DNA from: the human T2T-CHM13v2.0 reference genome, Homo sapiens
DNA length: 64,000 nucleotides
Assembly (NCBI RefSeq): GCF_009914755.1
Contig: NC_060933.1
Direction: 5' to 3' (one strand)
The number at the start of each line of letters is the position of its first letter. Position 1 is the stretch's first letter. Positions 57,483-64,000 of the stretch are shown piece after piece. The notes under the pieces were generated by a model. That model was not told the DNA's origin. It made no database searches and worked only from the letters and a program-made list of their open reading frames with translations. The translations under genes were made by a program, and so were the position numbers.

Positions 57483-59669
57483 GTGGGGAAAGCTTTTTGT
57501 GCATGCTGCTGGCTACCTCCAGCGGCTGCCTCCAGCCTCCATCAGCTGCACTCTGGGGAAGAGGAGGCTGCCTTCTACCTCCCAGCATCTCTGGATTTCA
57601 TGTTCCTGTCAGCACAGAGGAGCTAAATGGCCTGTAGAGGCTGAAGGTCTGAGGCTCCTAAAGCTGGAAGAAAAGGCTGGGCCAGTCAGGCCAAGCAAGA
57701 ACACAGTGTAACTTGTCTCTGAGTGCTTCATGGTTAAGGGGGCTAAGCAGGCACAAGGGCATGAGGATGGTTATATGTACAGACTGAGGGGAAGAAGCAG
57801 TGAAGATGAGACTTGCCATCTTCTTGAGTCAGTAGGCCTGCCTCAGGTGCCTAGGATGTAATTGCTCTGCTGCTTCTCATGGGGAGGAGTGGCCCTCATG
57901 ACCTTGTTTACCTGGAAGAGTGTGGGATGAATGCCTCCTCCTATGGGGACTCGCAAGTGCTTTAGCAAAAGGATAAATTGCTAATTGTGGCATTTCGTGG
58001 ATCAGCAGGATTATTTCTCCTTGCTAAAGAGGATTTTGTTGGTCCTGAATTCTGAGGAGGTGGGACTAGGAATGGGCTCCATGAGCCTGTGTATGACTCA
58101 GGGAATATTAGGACTTTGGCACAGCCTCATGGGTTGGGAGTAAGTCTTGGCTCTTCCCTAGCCTGAATGACAGACATCAGATCATTCTGGTGCTTTGTCC
58201 ATGAAGATGTAGATTCTGAGCCCACCCAACTAATCTTTTCACTTGAGCACAGAAACAGCCCCGGGAATCGGACAGACCCGTGTCTTTCAGGTTTGCTTCA
58301 CAGAGCCCCAGGGGTTGACAATAGGTGCCTTGGAGACTGCCTGCATGGGGATTTTTAAAAAGCTTTCTTTGTTAAAGGTTTGTAAACCACTCCTCTGAGC
58401 CTGTTTTCATTTTATAGATTATTCAGGGAACTGAACTGCACAGAGATCCAGAAAGTGGGTAGTGCAGGCTGTAGTGCTGATAACTACTGTACTACTTGGA
58501 TCTTTGTGCTCCCAAATACCAAATGGAAGAGGATCTCTGAGAGTCCTTTGCAAAGATCTTGTAGGGACTTTAGGCTGGGGCCTTCGGAAAATTCCAGAGG
58601 ATTCCAATGGAGATTTTGAGGGACTGACTCAGAAGAACAAAGAGAATGATAATGGTGATGTCCCTGCTTTTTACAACAGATCATGTTCTGATATATATGC
58701 AAATCTGTGTAAAGTAAACCCTACCTAAAATGTACTGGGGACCCAAGATGGACTGCCTGTATTGCTTCCAGGATAAAGTCCAATTTCTAGCTCTGGTTTT
58801 TATAACCTTGCTTCAGCTCACCTTTTCCGTCATCATCCCCTCCATCTCCTCTCCCACGCTGGGAAATGGATGGCTGCACTATACTGTGTGATGTTATTGC
58901 TATGTTCATGCCATCCCCTCTGCCTGGAATGCCCTTCTGCATGAATGCCTGTGAAATGTTGTTGCTCCTTTGTATGGCCTGGCTTCCGTGGTTGGCAGGA
59001 ATCTCTTCTTTCGTGGTATTCCTGTCATCTTTGTGCATCACAGTCAGCTTTGTATTCCTAGCTTGTAAGCTACTTGAGGATAGGGGCATGTCTGAATCTA
59101 TTTAATCTCTTGCACCTGTTTGGCAAATTGATGTTTTAAGTATTTAAATAACTAAAGCTCTCTCTACAGTACATACTCACTTTTGATTTATGAATTGGCA
59201 AAATTCAACTTTTTTCCTTGAATATTCTTAAAGTGAGATGAATTCCAAAGGAGAGTGTTCTGTGTGTGGCCTTCATTGAGTGGTTTTCTGTTACCAGAAA
59301 GCTCTTGGTGGCCTTCCTCTTCCCTGGTGTCAAGGTTGACTGTTATAGGAAATGGGAGGGGAGAGGGCCGTTTCTGCCACGCATTGTCCTAGGTTCTTAA
59401 CATTATTTAATCCTTATAATGCAATGTTATCCTCATTTTACAGATGAAACCTGAGACCAAAGAACATGTAACACATAAAGTACATTGCAGAGTTAGGATG
59501 TGAACCCAACTCTGATTCTAAACCTAATGCTCTCACTCTTTCATTCAGAGGTTCAGTCAGTTCTTTGTAGGCTGTAGATCCAGAGAAGCTGCCGTAGCCA
59601 ACAATGAAGTTGTTAGTTTTTAAAACATCTATGTGGTAAGTTGGTCTGGCACTTAAAAATGTATTGTTT

Positions 59670-59968
59670 CCCAGGCACGGTGGTTCACACCTGTAATCCC
59701 AGCATTTTGGGAGGCCGAGGCAGGCGGATCATTAGGTCAAAAGATTGAGACCATCCTGACCAACATGGTGAAACCCCGTCTCTACTAAAAGTACAAAAAT
59801 TAGCTGGGTGTGGTGGCGCATGCCTCTAGTCCCAGCTACCTGGGAGGCTGAGGCAGGAGAATTGCTTGAACCCAGGAGGCAGAGGTTGCAGTGAGCCAAG
59901 ATCATGCTACTGCACTACAGCCTGGCAACAAAGCGAGACTCTGTCTAAAATATATATATATATATATA
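59670..59968 (+). mobile_element. AluS with (TA)n tail
   Basis: Sense Alu consensus. Confidence 0.88.
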
Positions 59969-60493
59969 TTGTTTACTACTCACCACAGATCTGCAGGAGT
60001 TCACTGATCTCTAGGATCTGCCTTAACTCCAACTTACATGTTTTGGTCACTATTACAAACTGTCATCCCAGAATGATGCTGCAGAGGCTAGGGCTAGGAC
60101 ACAGACCAGTGTTTCCATGTGGGAATTCCCTCCCAGTATTTCTTAGGAAATGTATGTTTTTTGAATCCATAATCCCTAGAAAAATCAGTTGAGGAAATGA
60201 GAAGTATTGTAATTATTCTGTGAATAGTAACACTTACCATTATGGAGACATCACTAGTTTGAAAGAATCCAACTTCATCAAATATTAACGTACCGAGTTG
60301 AAGGCTACAAGAACTGAGACAGGAGCATAGCAGAGAGAAACGGTCACCATCTCATTAGCCCTATTTTTGGTTGTTGTGATGCCATTACATCTGTATATCT
60401 GGCCATATCAGCTGCTAATGGTGAGTTCTTGCAAACAAAATGATTTGATAAACAACCTACCATACTTTATACAAATCTTATGGTGTTCCGAGA

Positions 60494-60499
60494 AATAAA
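60494..60499 (+). terminator. CUTALP: Probable CUTALP poly(A) signal AATAAA
   Basis: Canonical hexamer about 3 kb after the last CutA-like exon, with T-rich sequence downstream. Confidence 0.55.
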
Positions 60500-61819
60500 C
60501 TTTGGAAGCAAAATAAGTTAACAGTCTGGACACGATTGATTCTATATTCTGTTTACCTTGCTCTAGGCTATTCAAATGTTATATTTATTTGAACACTATC
60601 CAATATATGTTCCCTGGCATCTTCCTGTCTTTTAAATATTCTCTGTACGCTACAGTTCTTTGTAAGTAAAAATAAGCTTAATATGTCTACTTAGCAAACA
60701 AAGTTTTTCCAGATACCTATAATAATGAGGAAAACAGTATAAAGAATGAAGTATTTGAAGAATAACTTATAATTTGGGGGATTTCTGAGAATTCTACTTC
60801 TTTGTCCCTAATTTCCGAAGGTAAATGTTTGTTGTGAATTTGGAAACACTAGACTACAGAAAAGCAGGCACTCTCTAGCCTGGGAGGCCCACTGATCTTA
60901 GGAGGGTCCATATAGCTGCTTATTGCAGACCTTGCACTAGAACCCAGGTCTTTTGACACCTGGTGCCACTTTTCATTCCATTCCATTAATTATAGCCCAG
61001 AGAATAACCACCACCACCCCCAAGTCCCATTGTGGTTTTATTCTGAGGACAGATAAAAGGTTGAAGCTGATGGAGTGGTAGAAAGAAGTGGGAGCCATAG
61101 TGAATGAAGACGTTTAAGGGCAGATATTAACACCACTGAGTCCTTCATTCGGGATTACAGGTTACACTTTACCCCTCAAACTGTAGAATTCAGTGGAATC
61201 CATGGCCTTTACCTCTCTATAGATGACCTTTTTCCTACCCCTTTACATCTCCTGTTTTTTTCCTCTCCAAACTGCCCTAAATTTAGAGGTTTATTTTGAA
61301 GTAATAATCAGTCACACACAGCAAAGTCTCTCCCAACACATGGGGAGCAGATGTGCTGGGATTATCACTGCCATTTGAAGGGTGATAAAACTGAAGGAAA
61401 GGAATCTGACTAAAGTGGCACAGGTTAGAACTAGCAGAGTCAGGTCTAGAACTCATTTCATATTTCTAGAATTGTGTGATGATGTACTGATAAAGTTTTA
61501 CGATGCCCGGATCTAAGTATTATAATAGTGTCAATTTCTAAGTTCATTTTCCATCTTTTACCTCTCAGTGGCACTCAACTAATGTTTTTTGCCCCCAAAG
61601 GTCGGGTACTCACAAAAGATTCCATATTCTCTCTGGCAGTAAGGGTGAGAATGTTGCTGGCAGTGGTAGGAGTGGCAAGGTGGCCAGAGGACAGGGTCCT
61701 GCCATTCCTCCTCAGCCTCCAGTAAACCAAGTGCAAAAGCCAGAGCCAATTCCTTCTGCCACCCAGCAGCTAATTCACTATAGGGAAGACAAGTGATTGT
61801 TCAAAGGGAGGTTTTAAAT

Positions 61820-64000
61820 CATAAATCAGACACATTAATTATAACTTTAACAAATGTTATTAAAAGCAGCAATTAAAAACCATGAATCTTTTTGAAGGTG
61901 CAGAGGGTTATAAGGTCAGTTGGCAGTAATGCAGCTATTATCTGGTATGAATGAAATGCTGGGGTGGGGAGTCAGGGTGACCTCATTAGGCCTTGTGCTA
62001 TCTTCCCAGGTGGTGCAGACACCCCCTCCCTCCTTTTCCCTCTCCAGGCCCACAGCCTCCCCAGAGCCCAGGTAGGGAAGGTCCAGATGTACTGTAACAG
62101 GATTGCTCATCCCAGGCTATCTCAGAAGTCTGGAAAGCAGGCCTAGAAGGTTGCTGGGCTCTCTGAAGCCAGGCAGGAAGCTACAAATTGGATCCCAGTT
62201 CCCACAGCACCCCTGGGCTAGGGGTTGGCTTCTCAGCTCCCCTTCCACCTGGCCCTAGTTGGCCCCTGTGGCAGCAGCTGTGGGGCTGAAAAGGGGGAAG
62301 AACTGGGTCCAACGCCAGCTCGTCTATGCCTGGGCTGTGCCAGGGAAGCAGAGGAAAGTGGGTGGGCTGTGCACAGGAGGTGAGGTCCCCCTTAAAAGGC
62401 ACTGTGGGAGCTGAGGTCTAAGATGGGGGGGCATCTAAACTATCTCAGGGACCCCCTGAACGCTCACAGGTAGAGAGGGGTCAGGCCTAGCAATGGAAAA
62501 ACAGCTCCTGCAGGCCTGCTGCCCCGCCAGTGCCTCTTGCTGTACTACCACCTTCGCCTTCCTGCTGGCGGCCTGCAAAACCAGCCAAGCTGGAGGCCAC
62601 AGCAGCAGTTGGCAAGGCTGGTCCCCATCTGGTGCCCACCCTCCACGTCAAGGCACTTTTGTCCATTTTCCAATCAAGTGAGTCAGTTTCTAATATCTCT
62701 GGAAGCAGCAAAACATCAGGGGTCCTCTTCCCCCTCCCAATTTTGGTTTCCCTCCAGATGAGGCAGAATTTGAATGTTGGTTCCAAAAATTCTCTTTCAA
62801 ACCCCCACTGGCAAGGGCTTCCCTTTGAGGGAACCGAATGATGCAGGCTCTTTAAAAATTTCAACCTATCCCAAAAAGTGATTGTCCATTTCAGGGCAGG
62901 GCAAGGGATATGAAAGAGGGTGAGTCCCCTGTGCTTCCCTATGGGACCAATGCTGGTTGATGGGCTGAAAGAAGGAGCGGCCACTGAGCTTTCACATTTA
63001 GTTGCAGCACCTGGGCCCTGGAAGTGGGCCAAGGGAAAGCCAAGGGAGGAGCCAGCAGGCCCAGAGGGACGGTGTGGCTCTGTGTGTGTACACTTGGGCA
63101 TGTGGTGGTGTGGCCGTGTGGGGTTGTCTGCATGCCTAGAGCTGAAAGTACAACACATGTGGATGGAAGCTTGTGCGAGTGGGTGTGTATTGTCTGCTGT
63201 GTGGTGTCTGGTGGGTCTGGGGATGGGAGGCACCAGAAACAGGTTTAGCAAGACATGGTTTCCCTCCCACCACTACCACCCCCCACCCCCGTCCCCCAGG
63301 TTTGGAAGGATGCCTCCATTCCAGCAAGGCCAGGCCCAGCTCTATGGCGACTGAGGGGGTGAGGCCAGAGAACAGAAGACTTCTGGGACCTCCAAAGCTG
63401 ACATTGGCAGCCTTCACTCTCAGCCTTAATACCTGGGCCCTGGTGCTGGTGCCTTCTGAGGCAGACCCAGCCCTTTACTCTTCAGATCCTCACAGGCTTT
63501 CACAGGGGCTCTCTCCCATCCCACCACCTCTCTCCGAGGGTAGTGGGGAGTGGCAGGAAAGTGGAAGAGAAAAGCACTGAGCAGCATCCTCTTATCCACC
63601 TTCTCCCATGCTCTCTCAAAGGTGCCTGTTATGTAGTCCCTGGGAGGACTGGCTGCCCCACGGGTCACGTGTGAAGGGGATCCAGTGGAGGGACAGCTGT
63701 GCACACACAGGATGTGCGAACACACCCAGAAAGGGGCGAGAGAGGTCAAGGCACACAACTGGGGACAAAGACCTGGGCCTCAGGAGGAAGGGTCCCAGCG
63801 CAGGGGACACAAGGTCAGAGAACAGATAAACAGAGTTTGAGGGGGTGTGGAGTGTGTAGAGACACAGGCACAGGGGTAACGAGCCTGAGGAGGCCCTGGA
63901 ACAGAGCTGGTACAGCAGAGAGACGCAGGCCTTGGCCTGGCAGGCAGGCAGGCAGGGCATTCTGCCAGGCACTTGCAGCTCTGTCCTGCTTCCTTCTCCC
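61820..64000 (-). other. PHF19: Probable PHF19 3'UTR (coding part beyond the window)
   Basis: Repeat-free GC-rich block with an AT-rich left end. Assigned from the known gene order B3GALT9-PSMD5-CUTALP-PHF19; no PHF19 coding sequence is visible here. Confidence 0.6.

Overview
Primate, almost certainly human, genomic DNA that is dense in Alu and L1 elements. I recognise it as chr9q33.2 from the proteins it encodes. Left to right: (1) B3GALT9 (+), a GT31 glycosyltransferase whose ATG-CAA sits on an upstream exon (2764-2769) spliced to a 1104-nt coding exon (4735-5838), 369 aa. (2) About 15 kb of nested repeats: a near-full-length L1MA-type element, an ERV1 solo LTR inside an Alu, and a decayed C2H2 zinc-finger fragment. 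(3) The complete 10-exon PSMD5 gene (-), with all GT-AG junctions read and phases summing to 1515 nt / 504 aa. (4) A CpG-rich bidirectional promoter. (5) The divergent CUTALP/PSMD5-AS1 unit (+), with three recognisable decayed CutA-like exons. (6) A GC-rich tail that is probably the PHF19 3'UTR (-). The main observation not explained by the ORF track is at 49440 to ~51390 (+): a full-length, frameshifted, Alu-interrupted pogo/Tigger (TIGD/CENP-B-like) transposase reading frame with HTH, CENPB-HTH and DDE_1 motifs in order. It starts at a strong-Kozak ATG in the PSMD5 CpG island, I saw no terminal inverted repeats, and it looks like a lost domesticated TIGD-type gene. Repeat subfamily names and most repeat boundaries are approximate because they were read by eye.
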